Part shown: in pieces, positions 31,600 through 41,543 of the stretch | How positions within the stretch are numbered: position 1 is the first letter of the stretch | Layout of the letters: each line of letters starts with the position of its first letter | Assembly (NCBI GenBank): GCA_038128265.1 | Contig: JAYPJE010000016.1 | Coordinates: 1-64,000 of the forward strand | Origin: Gemmatimonadota bacterium | Lineage (GTDB): Bacteria > Latescibacterota > UBA2968 > UBA8231 | DNA length: 64,000 nt | Direction: 5' to 3' | Notes under the pieces: model-generated | What the model saw: the letters and a program-made list of their open reading frames with translations, nothing else | Told to the model about the DNA's origin: nothing | Database searches by the model: none | Made by a program: the position numbers and the translations under genes

Positions 31600-33308
31600 A
31601 CCAAGACCTTCTCCAACCCTGCAGATAGCAGCTGGGAAAAGCGCGATTGGGGGTCGCGTGCCAGCGCCGCGCGATCGCCGTGTTCGGCGATTTGCCCGCC
31701 CTGAAGCACCATGATCTCATCGACTTTTTCCACCGTCCCCAGGTGGTGTGCGATGATAATGCCCGTGCGCCCCTGCAGCAGCTTTTGCACGGCGCGATCA
31801 ATGCGCGCCTCCGTGGCCGGATCGAGGCGCGATGAGGGCTCGTCGAGAATGACGATGCCCGGATCCTTGAGGAAGACGCGGGCGAAGGCCAGTAGTTGCG
31901 CTTCCCCTGCCGACAGTGCACCGGAACTGACGTTGGAGTCTAGGCCTTCGGGCAGCGCGCGATACCACGGCCCCAACCCAAGTTCTTCAATGGCCTCCAG
32001 CAAGCGCTCATCGGCTATTCCTTCGGTAAAGAGCGACAGGTTTTCGCGCAGGCTAGCGTTGAAAATCTGCACGTCCTGCGTGACCATGCCCACCTTGCCG
32101 CGCAGGGCCTCTAAGCGCACTTGGTCTAGCGGCTGTCCACCGACGCGGATCTGCCCTGTATCTACATCGTAAAAGCGGAACAGCAGACGCGTCAGCGTTG
32201 TCTTGCCACTGCCAGTGCGTCCAAGCAGACCCAGCACGCGCCCCGGCTGCAGGGCAAAGGAGACATCGCGCAGCACCGGCTCGCCGTCAAAATAGCCAAA
32301 GGTAACCCCGTCGAATTCGACCCCAAGCGCTTGGCCTGTAGGCAGGTCGCCTGTGCTATCCGCGATGCGCGTGCGCGTGCGAAAGAGTGCCTCAATACGT
32401 TTAAAGCCCGCTGTGGCTTTCTGCAGGTCGTTGATTTGTCGACTGATTTGAAAGAGCGGCCAGCGCAGCATTGACGTATAGTGAAAAATGAGATAGACCG
32501 CACCGATGGTGAATATGCCCTCACCATACAGCCAGATGCCCATACCCATCGAAAGCGCATGGCCAAAGGTAAATAGAATGGTCGTGATAGAGCGCAGCAC
32601 CGCGCCCATAGTCTCGGAGCGCACGGCGCGCCCGTAGGCATCTCGGTTGACACTAAAAAAGCGGTTGGCAATATAGGCGACCGCCCCGTTGGGGCGAATA
32701 TCTTCGATGCCGGCCAATCGCTCCTCTAAAAAGCCGTAGAGACGGGAATAGCCTTCGCGCTCGGCCGCGTAGTGCGGCACCGCCATACTGCGCGTGAGGT
32801 TGTAGACAAAAAAGGCAATGATGGTAAACACGCTCATCGCCACGCCAATGCGCCAGTCCTCGCGAAAGAGCAGTGCCAATACACCGAAGAGAAAGAAGAT
32901 GCTGCCGATGACCTGCACGACAAATTCGGAAAAAAAATTGGATAGCGCCGTGGCATCGCCGTCGACGCGCTCGACCATCTCACCCGGCGTGCGCTCGTGA
33001 TGAAAGGACATATCTAAGCGCAAACAGTGCTCGGCCAAATCGCCGCGCATGGTATTGGTTGCCCGCCACCCAACGTCCTGTCCCAAGTACGAACCGGCCA
33101 AATAGACCAGCTGTCGACAAATACCGATAGCCAAAAAGAGCAGCGCGGCATTGGTCAATTCGCCCACCGCGCCGCCCTCGCGCGCCGTATCGATAAAGTA
33201 GCGGACGATCTGCGGGTTGAGCAGGTTCATGCCAATACCAGAAAAAATACAGACCGACAGCAGCACCACGCGCATCTTGTAGGGTTTTAGATACTGGCCC
33301 AGCAGCAC
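31596..33308 (-). CDS. ABC exporter half-transporter, consensus Walker B (start may lie further upstream)
   Basis: [21 protein letters not shown]; the frame stays open upstream of 33308. Confidence 0.92.
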   Translation of the reverse strand: MLLGQYLKPYKMRVVLLSVCIFSGIGMNLLNPQIVRYFIDTAREGGAVGELTNAALLFLAIGICRQLVYLAGSYLGQDVGWRATNTMRGDLAEHCLRLDMSFHHERTPGEMVERVDGDATALSNFFSEFVVQVIGSIFFLFGVLALLFREDWRIGVAMSVFTIIAFFVYNLTRSMAVPHYAAEREGYSRLYGFLEERLAGIEDIRPNGAVAYIANRFFSVNRDAYGRAVRSETMGAVLRSITTILFTFGHALSMGMGIWLYGEGIFTIGAVYLIFHYTSMLRWPLFQISRQINDLQKATAGFKRIEALFRTRTRIADSTGDLPTGQALGVEFDGVTFGYFDGEPVLRDVSFALQPGRVLGLLGRTGSGKTTLTRLLFRFYDVDTGQIRVGGQPLDQVRLEALRGKVGMVTQDVQIFNASLRENLSLFTEGIADERLLEAIEELGLGPWYRALPEGLDSNVSSGALSAGEAQLLAFARVFLKDPGIVILDEPSSRLDPATEARIDRAVQKLLQGRTGIIIAHHLGTVEKVDEIMVLQGGQIAEHGDRAALARDPQSRFSQLLSAGLEKVLV

Positions 33309-33422
33309 CGCATACGCGCGTAGAGGGACGCGCTCGACGGCGGTGCCATCTTCGGCACGCGTGCTTTTTATCTGTTCTTCCAGAGGGATCTGATCCGTAG
33401 AGAGGGTTGACCGGCAACTTGC

Positions 33423-33436
33423 ACTGACCGGTCAGT
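33423..33436. promoter_or_regulatory. Perfect 14-bp palindrome ACTGACCGGTCAGT, candidate repressor operator
   Basis: Intergenic, upstream of the four-ABC operon; related site TTGACCGGCAA at 33407-33417. Confidence 0.55.
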
Positions 33437-33523
33437 TCAGTTTATGGGCAAAAAATATATCAACGGGCCTGTTCACTGCGCAAGCCCACAGCGAGCATAC
33501 CGCTTAAAATACCTTAGAAACCA

Positions 33524-34462
33524 TCACAATGTGACCACGCCCTTAATATAGCCGCCGATCTGTCCTCCCACTAAGCGCTGCATAAAATCGGGATACTCTT
33601 CCAGCGGCAGCACGTGCGTAACCAGCGACTCCAGATTAATCACGCCCTTATCCAACAGGCGAATGGCCGGTGGAAAGGGATCGCGCAGCCGAGCGGAAGG
33701 GGCTGAGTTGACGATCGTCAGACCTTTGGTATGCCAGACACTGGGATTAAAATAGGCCCGCTCGCCTTTGATCCAGCCAAATAGATTGATCCGACCGCCA
33801 CGCCGGGCGATATCGGCCGCCAAATCCAAACCCTGCTGCGAACCGCTCGTATCGACAACGACGTCTATATCGCGTGCTTTTAATGCCGCTTGCACCTCGT
33901 CAAAATTGGTCTCCGTCACGTCGTATATTTCGTCGGCTCCCATCTGTTTGGCCAGCTGCAGCCGATCCGCGTCGACGTCAAGAGCGACAATCTGCTCACA
34001 GCCCATGCCCGACAGCCCCTGCAGCATCATCAGGCCCATAAAACCGCAGCCGATCATAGCGAGCCGTTCGCCCACGCGCAGCTGGCACTGGTCGATTCCC
34101 GTCACCACGCAGGAAACAGGTTCGACAATCCAATAGGGATCTTCGAGGTCGGAAGGCGGAATGGCGTAGAGCTGAGAGGCACTGACGTTGCGCAGACGGG
34201 CAAATCCTCCACCCACGACGCGCTGACCCCGTTCTACGCCTTCGACGCCTGGCCCCAGCTTGCTCACATAGCCAACCCCTTCGTGACCGGGGGGCGCGGC
34301 AAACGGCGCGGCGCTTCCTGCCCTACAGGTTTGAATATCCCACGCGCAAATACCACAGGCTGCCACCTCGATCTGCACCTGTCCCGGACCGGGATCGCCC
34401 ACTTCTACGTCGATCAGCTCGACGCCGCCCTCTGCTCTATACTGCACGCTGCGCACTTTCAT
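33524..34462 (-). CDS. Zinc-dependent (MDR family) alcohol dehydrogenase
   Basis: CGICAWD, GHEGVG, EP, GCGFMG; lacks the structural-Zn Cys cluster. Confidence 0.88.
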   Translation of the reverse strand: MKVRSVQYRAEGGVELIDVEVGDPGPGQVQIEVAACGICAWDIQTCRAGSAAPFAAPPGHEGVGYVSKLGPGVEGVERGQRVVGGGFARLRNVSASQLYAIPPSDLEDPYWIVEPVSCVVTGIDQCQLRVGERLAMIGCGFMGLMMLQGLSGMGCEQIVALDVDADRLQLAKQMGADEIYDVTETNFDEVQAALKARDIDVVVDTSGSQQGLDLAADIARRGGRINLFGWIKGERAYFNPSVWHTKGLTIVNSAPSARLRDPFPPAIRLLDKGVINLESLVTHVLPLEEYPDFMQRLVGGQIGGYIKGVVTL

Positions 34463-34544
34463 ATCGGCTCCTCCTGATCCAGCAGGCCCCTCAATGCCGA
34501 GGTAGACTAGGCACGGCGTTTCCTCCGTGCGGAACGAAAAATGG

Positions 34545-36428
34545 CTACGGGCGCCGGGTGCTACGGGTGCTGCGACGCGGCCGGCGCGCCGACTTGCCGT
34601 CGCTGCGGCGCGGCGAACCCAACAGTTTCTCCAGCAAATCGGGCCGTCTCAAGCGCTGCAATACCTGGCGAATCCAGGCCGCATTTTCACCCTTGTACCA
34701 GAAAAAGAAACGGTGCTGATCGCGCTTCTCGCGCTCGCTGCGCGCCGTCGGCACTTTTTTCAACGTATAGGGATCGTAGCCGGAATAGTACATCACGGTT
34801 GCCACCGTCATCGGCGTCGGCGTGAAGTCCTGTACCTGCTCGAGTTGGAAACCGGCATCCTTGGTCTTACAGGCCAGGTCGGCCATATCCTCTAGCTGCG
34901 ACCCGGGATGGCTAGAAATAAAATAGGGAATCAGCTGCTGGCGCAGGCCCGCCTTTTTATTAAAGCGTTCAAATTTCTCTTTGAAGGCATCAAAGAAGGC
35001 GAACGACGGCTTGCGCATAAGCTTGAGCACGGCGTCCGACGTGTGCTCGGGCGCAATCTTTAGCCGTCCCGAAACGCGGTTTACTACGAGTTCCTCAATA
35101 TACTCGTCGCAGCGATTGGCACGCTGCTCTTCATCCGAACCGCGCACTAGCATATCGTAGCGAATACCGCTAGATACAAAGGCCTTTTTTACCTGCGGGT
35201 GAGCCGAAGCGCTGCGATAAATATCGAGCAACGGCTGGTGGTCCATATCCAGGTTGTGGCAGATCGTCGGGTGTATGCACGAAGGGCTTACACAGCGATC
35301 GCAGATCGCCTGCACCTTGCCCTTCATCTTGTACATATTGCCCGATGGGCCGCCCAAATCGCTGATGTAGCCCTTGAAACCGGGCATCTGAGTAATCTGG
35401 TCGACTTCCTTCATAATGGACTGCTTGGAGCGGCTGGCGATCATCTTACCCTGATGGGCGGAGATCGTGCAGAAGCTGCATCCGCCAAAGCATCCACGGT
35501 GCATATTGACGGAAAACTTGATCATCTCAAAGGCGGGAATGGCACCGCGCTTCTCGTATTTAGGATGCGGCAACCGCGTATAGGGCAAATCAAACGACGC
35601 GTCGATTTCCGTCTCGCGCATCGTTTGATACGGCGGGTTGACCACCAGCAGCTGATTCCCCACTCGCTGCAGCAGACGGCGGCCAAACTGCTTGTTCGAC
35701 TCCTGCTCTATATACTTAAAGTTACGGGCAAAAGCCTTCTTATCGCGCACGCACTGCTCGTGCGAGGCCAGCTCAAAGCTATCCCAGTTCTTGTTTTTGG
35801 GCAGCGCCTCGTCGACCGGCTGCAAAAATGCCGTTTGCGGAATCGTACGCAGCGATTCAAAGGGAACGCCGCGGTTGAGCAAGCGCAGCATTTCGCGCAG
35901 CGGCTGTTCGCCCATGCCGTAGACGAGCAGATCGGCGCCGCTATCGGCTAGAATAGAGGGTTTGAGCGCATCTGACCAGTAATCGTAGTGCGTCACCCGG
36001 CGCAGCGAGCCTTCAATGCCGCCGATGACGACGGGGGTATCTGGATAGAGCTTCTTGAGAGTTTGTGCGTAAACCGTCGCGGCATAGTCGGGGCGAAAGC
36101 CAGCCTGACCGCCCGGCGTATACGCATCGGTCGAACGCTTTCTCTTGGCCGCCGTATAGTGATTGACCATCGGATCCATGCAGCCAGAAGAAATGCCAAA
36201 AAACAGCCGTGGCACCCCCAATTTTTTAAAGTCGCGCAGGTCGTCGCGCCAGTTGGGCTGCGGCACGATGGCGACGCGAAATCCCTCCGACTCGACGATG
36301 CGCGCAATGACCGCATGGCCAAAGGCCGGATGGTCGACATAGGCATCGCCGGCAATAATGATGACATCCAGCTCATCCCATCCGCGCGCTTCGACTTCTT
36401 TTTTGGTCGTGGGCAAAAACTCGTTCAT
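34545..36428 (-). CDS. ygiQ: YgiQ family (UPF0313) radical SAM protein
   Basis: GDAYVDHP, RGCFGGCSFC, SDLGGP, SGIRYD, APEH, YFISSHPG, QVQDFTPTPM. Confidence 0.92.
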   Translation of the reverse strand: MNEFLPTTKKEVEARGWDELDVIIIAGDAYVDHPAFGHAVIARIVESEGFRVAIVPQPNWRDDLRDFKKLGVPRLFFGISSGCMDPMVNHYTAAKRKRSTDAYTPGGQAGFRPDYAATVYAQTLKKLYPDTPVVIGGIEGSLRRVTHYDYWSDALKPSILADSGADLLVYGMGEQPLREMLRLLNRGVPFESLRTIPQTAFLQPVDEALPKNKNWDSFELASHEQCVRDKKAFARNFKYIEQESNKQFGRRLLQRVGNQLLVVNPPYQTMRETEIDASFDLPYTRLPHPKYEKRGAIPAFEMIKFSVNMHRGCFGGCSFCTISAHQGKMIASRSKQSIMKEVDQITQMPGFKGYISDLGGPSGNMYKMKGKVQAICDRCVSPSCIHPTICHNLDMDHQPLLDIYRSASAHPQVKKAFVSSGIRYDMLVRGSDEEQRANRCDEYIEELVVNRVSGRLKIAPEHTSDAVLKLMRKPSFAFFDAFKEKFERFNKKAGLRQQLIPYFISSHPGSQLEDMADLACKTKDAGFQLEQVQDFTPTPMTVATVMYYSGYDPYTLKKVPTARSEREKRDQHRFFFWYKGENAAWIRQVLQRLRRPDLLEKLLGSPRRSDGKSARRPRRSTRSTRRP

Positions 36429-36664
36429 AGAAGCACCTCCACACTCCGTGCTCTATAAAAGTATGCATTGCATGCCATAAGTAAACCGCGCCTCCCTCTT
36501 GCCATCGATCCCACCATTGCTTGCATTGTACGTGCGATCGCTGCGCTCGGCCACTCTTCGCAGTGAAAGCCCGGCAGGGTGAGCCCTTGCCTGCAGTAGG
36601 TATATCGAGGTTTTACGGCTGAGATGCACCGGACATTGAGTCAATTATTACTAGAGATAGGAGA

Positions 36665-37606
36665 ATGGACGTGGAAAAGATTGCGCTAGGGCGCGCGGGG
36701 TTTGCCGTTTCGCGGATGGGCATCGGCGGTGGCGGTCCCAGCCAGTTGGGACGACGAACGGGCAAGAGCATCGACGAGTCAGCGGACATACTGCGCCAAG
36801 CCTTTGACGCGGGAGTCAACTTTGTCGACACCTCTGAAGACTACGGCACCGAACCCATCATTGCCCGCGCGCTGTCCTCGCGTGCGCGCGACTCGATCGT
36901 AATCTCTACCAAAAAGTCGACGCGCCATCAGCAGGTAACGCCACAGGCGGTGCGCGAGAGTATAGAGCAGAGCCTGCGCCAGCTCGATACCGATTACATA
37001 GACCTCTACAATCTGCACGGCGTCGTGCCGCAGGACTACGACTACCTAGCCCAGGATATACACCCGGAGCTGGTAAAGGCGCGCGAGGCTGGTAAGATTC
37101 GCAGCATGGGCATTACCGAGATGTTCAACGAAGACATGGGACACGAAACGATGGTGCGCGCAGCACGCGACGGCCTATGGGACGTGCTGATGGTCGGATT
37201 TAACCTGCTCAACCAGACGGCGCGCGCGCGCGTCTTCGCCGAGGCACGCAAAAACGACATCGGCATACAGGTCATGTTCGCCGTGCGCAAGGCGCTGCGC
37301 TCTCCCGACGACCTGCGCCCTTTTGTAGTCGACCTAATCGAACGCGGCCAACTCGATCCGAGCGAGATCCATGCCGATCGCCCGCTGGACTTTCTGCTCG
37401 AATCCGGACTGGCCGAATCACTAACGGACGCGTCCTACCGCTTTTGCCGCGACGAGCCCGGTGTGCACGTCGTGCTATCGGGGACGGGCAACCCCGACCA
37501 TCTAGCGCAAAACATGCGCTCTTTTGAGCGGCCACCTCTACCCGCCGACACGACCGAACGCCTGCGCCACATTTTTCGCCACGTCGACTCGACGACGGGT
37601 CAGTAG
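36665..37606 (+). CDS. Aldo/keto reductase
   Basis: FVDTSEDYGTE, ISTK, SLRQLDTDYIDLYNLH. Confidence 0.88.
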   Translation: MDVEKIALGRAGFAVSRMGIGGGGPSQLGRRTGKSIDESADILRQAFDAGVNFVDTSEDYGTEPIIARALSSRARDSIVISTKKSTRHQQVTPQAVRESIEQSLRQLDTDYIDLYNLHGVVPQDYDYLAQDIHPELVKAREAGKIRSMGITEMFNEDMGHETMVRAARDGLWDVLMVGFNLLNQTARARVFAEARKNDIGIQVMFAVRKALRSPDDLRPFVVDLIERGQLDPSEIHADRPLDFLLESGLAESLTDASYRFCRDEPGVHVVLSGTGNPDHLAQNMRSFERPPLPADTTERLRHIFRHVDSTTGQ

Positions 37607-37655
37607 CAAACACGGCAAAATGCCGCGAAGCAACGGCCCTGCAGAGCCGCCGTGT

Positions 37656-38717
37656 TTATTTGCCCTCCGCTACCGACTGCACCGCCTGCAGCATGGCTTT
37701 GATGTAGCCAAATTGATAGGCAAAAGCCTGCTCGTGATGGCCAGGCGCATCGTGTGCCGGCGCGTGATCGGGCACCACCATATGCGGATAGCCTACCTCC
37801 CACAGCGTTTTCATAAGCTCGTACATATCCATCACGCCTTCGTCCGGATAGACTTCTTGAAACTTACAGCGCCCACCAAAAATATTGCGAAAATGGATCA
37901 GGTGTATTTTTTTGCGCTCTCCGAAGTAGCGCAAAATATCCGGCACGTCCGTCGCCGGATTTTCGACACTTTCGGCCATACAGCCCAAACATAGGTTGAG
38001 TCCGTGATAGGGGCTGGGACAAATATCGATAAAGTGCTTGAATCCCTCGGCCCCGCCCAATACGCGATCGACGCCTTTAAAGCCGGGCGGCAGCCAGGGG
38101 TCGCACGGATGGCAGGCCAGACGCACCTGAGCTTTTTCAGCTACGGGCACTACCCGCTCTAGAAAAAACGCGATGCGCTCCCAGTTTTGCTCAGCGCTGA
38201 CGGGCTCGTCGTAGCGCGGGGTTGCTGCGTCGGCTTCGTCCAAGTCAAAAGTCGAGTAGCGCACGCCGCCGCGCCCGAGCGGCACGCTCTCCGTGCGCTG
38301 GTTCTCCATTTCGCAGAGAAAGTACTTGAGTGCGGGAATACCGGCCTCTCCCGCCGCGCGCACCATCTTACAGGCAATCTCAATCTCTTCTTCGCCCTTG
38401 CTAAAATCACCGCGCATAAACGCCGGTATGTAGGAACCATCTTCATTGATACTCTGCAAGGGCAGAGCGACCATCTCCAACTCGATGTCGTACTCGGCGC
38501 ACTTGGCCTTTTGCGCGGCCAACCACTCTACATCCCAACCGATTTCACGGTCCACCGGCATGCGGTTGATCGCCATATTAGACACGCCGTGGCGGTTGAG
38601 AAAATTGAGATCTTCGTCCGAATTAGTGAAGCGCTGCGTGCCGATGTGCATCTTAGGCTGTCCCGGCTGCCACAGGCTGTGCGGATCGTTCATGCCGATC
38701 GGTTTTCCATTGCTCAT
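37656..38717 (-). CDS. uxuA: Mannonate dehydratase (UxuA) family
   Basis: FLERVVPVAE, LACHPCDP, GLNLCLG, IHFRN, PDEG, VPDHAP. Confidence 0.8.
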   Translation of the reverse strand: MSNGKPIGMNDPHSLWQPGQPKMHIGTQRFTNSDEDLNFLNRHGVSNMAINRMPVDREIGWDVEWLAAQKAKCAEYDIELEMVALPLQSINEDGSYIPAFMRGDFSKGEEEIEIACKMVRAAGEAGIPALKYFLCEMENQRTESVPLGRGGVRYSTFDLDEADAATPRYDEPVSAEQNWERIAFFLERVVPVAEKAQVRLACHPCDPWLPPGFKGVDRVLGGAEGFKHFIDICPSPYHGLNLCLGCMAESVENPATDVPDILRYFGERKKIHLIHFRNIFGGRCKFQEVYPDEGVMDMYELMKTLWEVGYPHMVVPDHAPAHDAPGHHEQAFAYQFGYIKAMLQAVQSVAEGK

Positions 38718-38852
38718 ATCCAGCTCCCATAGGCTACGTATGCGATGCGACAGATTGCGGTAAACCTAGGGTACGATTGGAGCGCGGTCCACTCGATTTT
38801 GCCTCGGCGCCAGAGCCAAAACGACGGGGAGCGCGACGGGGGCGAAAGGCCC

Positions 38853-40157
38853 CTAACCGGCGCGGCGGTACGATGCGGCGAGTAGGATATCGCGCCCGCG
38901 CCGCGTGCTGATACGCGGCTTGAGCTGCATGAGCAGAGCGTAGAGCCCAAAGAGCAGACGGTTGACGAAGATAAAGTGCTTGGAGGCGCGGATATCGCGC
39001 CACTGCATAGAGGCGCGAATGTATTCGTTGAGCTGACGGCGAAACTCGGGATCGCCAAAGTCAAAACAATCGCTCGTATACGGAGTGAGGACAAAGCGGC
39101 CAAACTCCCGCAAAAAAGCGTAGAGTTCGTCCTGCGGCTCAGACGAGCGCTCGTCGAGAATACCCACTTCGCGATAGCAGGAGCGAATGGCGTCGGCGTC
39201 GTCTTCGACGTGGGCGGCCAGCATATAGACGCACGTGTCGAGGAAGTCGCGCGGGAATTCCTTAATGCAGCCAAAGTCGATAATGCCGAGACGATCGTCT
39301 TCGCGAAAAAGAAAGTTTCCCGGATGAATATCGGCGTGAAAAGAGTAAATACCGCGCTCCACTTGGTCGTGGATAAAGTCCCACAGCAGCTGACCAAAGT
39401 GATCTATGCGCTGCTGGTCGGGCTGGCCAGCGAGAAACTCACCGAGGTGCACGCCCCCTACATAGGTCATTGTCAGCACGCGTTCGCTGCTCAACTCCGG
39501 CAGCCACTGCGGCATGACAACCCGCTCGTCGCCGTCATACAGGCCGCCAAACGATTCGATCTGCCGCCCCTCGTTAAGGTAGTCGGTTTCTTCGAGCAGT
39601 TTGTCTCGTATTTCCGTGAAGTAAACGTCTATATCCTCGCCCTTGAACAGCGGACGAAACAGCGTGCGCGCCATAGCAAGGTCGGAACTGATTGTATCGC
39701 GCACGTTGGGATACTGGAGCTTAACGGCCAGTTCCCGCCCGTCCTGCCCCTGCGCCCTATGCACTTGACCGATGGATGCGGCGGCAACCGCCTCGTCGTC
39801 AAAGCGCGCAAAAAGCGCCTCGGGAGCAGCTTTCAACTCGCGGCGAATTTGCGTGCGCACTAGCGCGCGGCTCATTGGTGGAACGCGGTACTGGGCGTCG
39901 GCCATCACTTCGATAAATTCGTCGGGCAGCACGCCGGTATCCATGCTCAGCGACTGCGCCAGCTTTAGTGCCGTGCCGCGCAGGCGCGTGAAATCTTTGA
40001 ATACTTGAGTAGCATTTTCGCGATTGAGCTGGCTCCGCGACGGCTCGCTTCCCGCCGATCGGCGCGCGTAATAACGAGCGTAGTTCTTGCCCACCTTGAG
40101 ACCGGTCGCGGCCAGTATCTTCCCGCGCTGCAGTTTACCAGAGGGAAATTCGCTCAT
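38853..40157 (-). CDS. AarF/ABC1/UbiB family atypical kinase
   Basis: LRGTALKLAQ (KxGQ-like), AAASIGQVH, AVKLQYP, EETDY, HADIHPGNF, IDFGC; ATGA overlap with the upstream gene. Confidence 0.9.
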   Translation of the reverse strand: MSEFPSGKLQRGKILAATGLKVGKNYARYYARRSAGSEPSRSQLNRENATQVFKDFTRLRGTALKLAQSLSMDTGVLPDEFIEVMADAQYRVPPMSRALVRTQIRRELKAAPEALFARFDDEAVAAASIGQVHRAQGQDGRELAVKLQYPNVRDTISSDLAMARTLFRPLFKGEDIDVYFTEIRDKLLEETDYLNEGRQIESFGGLYDGDERVVMPQWLPELSSERVLTMTYVGGVHLGEFLAGQPDQQRIDHFGQLLWDFIHDQVERGIYSFHADIHPGNFLFREDDRLGIIDFGCIKEFPRDFLDTCVYMLAAHVEDDADAIRSCYREVGILDERSSEPQDELYAFLREFGRFVLTPYTSDCFDFGDPEFRRQLNEYIRASMQWRDIRASKHFIFVNRLLFGLYALLMQLKPRISTRRGRDILLAASYRRAG

Positions 40158-40822
40158 CGCACCCACTGCAGCGCCTTGCCCAAGAGTGCGTTGCCGAAGG
40201 GCAGCTTGATCACGTTGTTGGCCATCAGGTATTTGAGTAAGTCTCCGCCGGCGTATATCAGCTCGCGCGAACGCAGCGCCTGTCCAATAAAGGCCACGAT
40301 CTTATCAACCAATGCCGTAGTGCGCTCGCCATCGATGCTGTCGTCTGCCACCCAAAAACGCACCAGGTGTATGTACTCCTTCGCAAAAAAAGCAGCCAGC
40401 TGTGTTGGCGCACAGGTATCGGACAGCATCTCGGCAAATAGCGCCTCAACTTCGCGCTGAAACTGCGTGGCGCCCGTAGATCGAAAAATCTCGCTGACAA
40501 AGTGCTCTTCGACAAACTCGCGCTGCTCCTGCAGCATGTCGAACATGGCATAGGCGAAGTTGGCCAACTTTTCCTCGGCAGGCCAGTCTGCGTAATCGGG
40601 GACCTCGTCGATCATAGCCCGGTAGCGCAGCACGCAGAGCGGATAGTAGTACTTCAGTATCCCGCTGCGCGAGTGGAAGAGGCGAATGATGTCGACCTTT
40701 TTAACGCGAGTCTTGCGCGCCAGGTTAGCCGTGGTAAAGTTGGCGCGATCATCTACGTACAACTCTATAGCCGCTTCGACGATTTTTTGCTTTTGGGCTA
40801 GGTCCCTATCCGTGCCCGACAT
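40154..40822 (-). CDS. TetR-fold protein
   Basis: N-terminal KIVEAAIELY HTH-like region; C-terminal FWVADDS...ERTTALVDK motif. Confidence 0.7.
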   Translation of the reverse strand: MSGTDRDLAQKQKIVEAAIELYVDDRANFTTANLARKTRVKKVDIIRLFHSRSGILKYYYPLCVLRYRAMIDEVPDYADWPAEEKLANFAYAMFDMLQEQREFVEEHFVSEIFRSTGATQFQREVEALFAEMLSDTCAPTQLAAFFAKEYIHLVRFWVADDSIDGERTTALVDKIVAFIGQALRSRELIYAGGDLLKYLMANNVIKLPFGNALLGKALQWVR

Positions 40823-41115
40823 GCCTCAACGCTCACTTTCTTTACAGTAAAAGCAGATGGTTTTGACTGTGACTTCTCCCTGGGAAGAAGATTTCCAAGA
40901 GTGGTCAAAATGCAAGAAGCAACGGAAAAAAAAGACGCTCTGCACGGGGACCACACGGCGCAGCATGCGAAACGGCTATGTAAAGGGAGATTGTACGGCA
41001 GCAAAAAACGGCAGAGAGAATTAAGGCGCCCGCCCGAACGGACAAAAAAAGACGCACCGTAGGCCCGTAGAAGCACACCAGTGCGCGTGCTGCGCCCATA
41101 CTACCCGGCCACTGC

Positions 41116-41520
41116 CTAATTCAAATCGTAGTGTTTCTTGCAGTAGCCACGCGCAAAATGCCTACCCTGGCACTCGTCGACTGTGCAGGACGTGCGCCCG
41201 TAGACCCTCTCGCGCTCCGGCGTAAGTCGCCCATGACGACGCAGCTGCTGATAGTGGCGCGGACAGTAGCCCTTGGCAACGGGCGTGGCCTTGCAGCCGT
41301 TTGCCCTACACGCACAGGATGCGTCGCTGCGGCTGGTTTCGTACTCCGACTCCGGCGTAAGCCGACCGTGGCGACGCAGCTGCTGGTAATGGCGCGGACA
41401 GTAGCCGGCGGTGCGCGCCGTCTGCGAACACGACGGCGCCTGACACCGCTCTTTGAGCGGGCCATACCGCCCGTTTTCCTGCCGATGATCGCGCATTAAG
41501 TCCGACATATACACGTCCAA
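41116..41520 (-). CDS. Small protein with three C-x4-C-x9-C-x2-H putative zinc-finger repeats
   Basis: CQAPSC..GYCPRHY, CRANGC..GYCPRHY, CTVDEC..GYCKKHY; start may be ATG at 41508. Confidence 0.7.
   Translation of the reverse strand: MDVYMSDLMRDHRQENGRYGPLKERCQAPSCSQTARTAGYCPRHYQQLRRHGRLTPESEYETSRSDASCACRANGCKATPVAKGYCPRHYQQLRRHGRLTPERERVYGRTSCTVDECQGRHFARGYCKKHYDLN
41215..41406. repeat. Two ~57-bp imperfect direct repeats inside the Cys-rich gene
   Basis: 41215-41271 and 41350-41406 both encode GYCPRHYQQLRRHGRLTPE, with only synonymous differences. Confidence 0.8.
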
Positions 41521-41543
41521 TTACCCACTTACTGCCGACCGGT

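Noticed and set aside
36560..36600. Small hairpin GGCAGGG-TGAG-CCCTTGCC as a riboswitch or ncRNA
   Set aside because: It is too short and has no recognisable aptamer consensus.
41215..41406. Direct repeats as a possible mini-CRISPR or att site
   Set aside because: There are only two copies, both in frame and with synonymous changes, and no cas or integrase gene is nearby.
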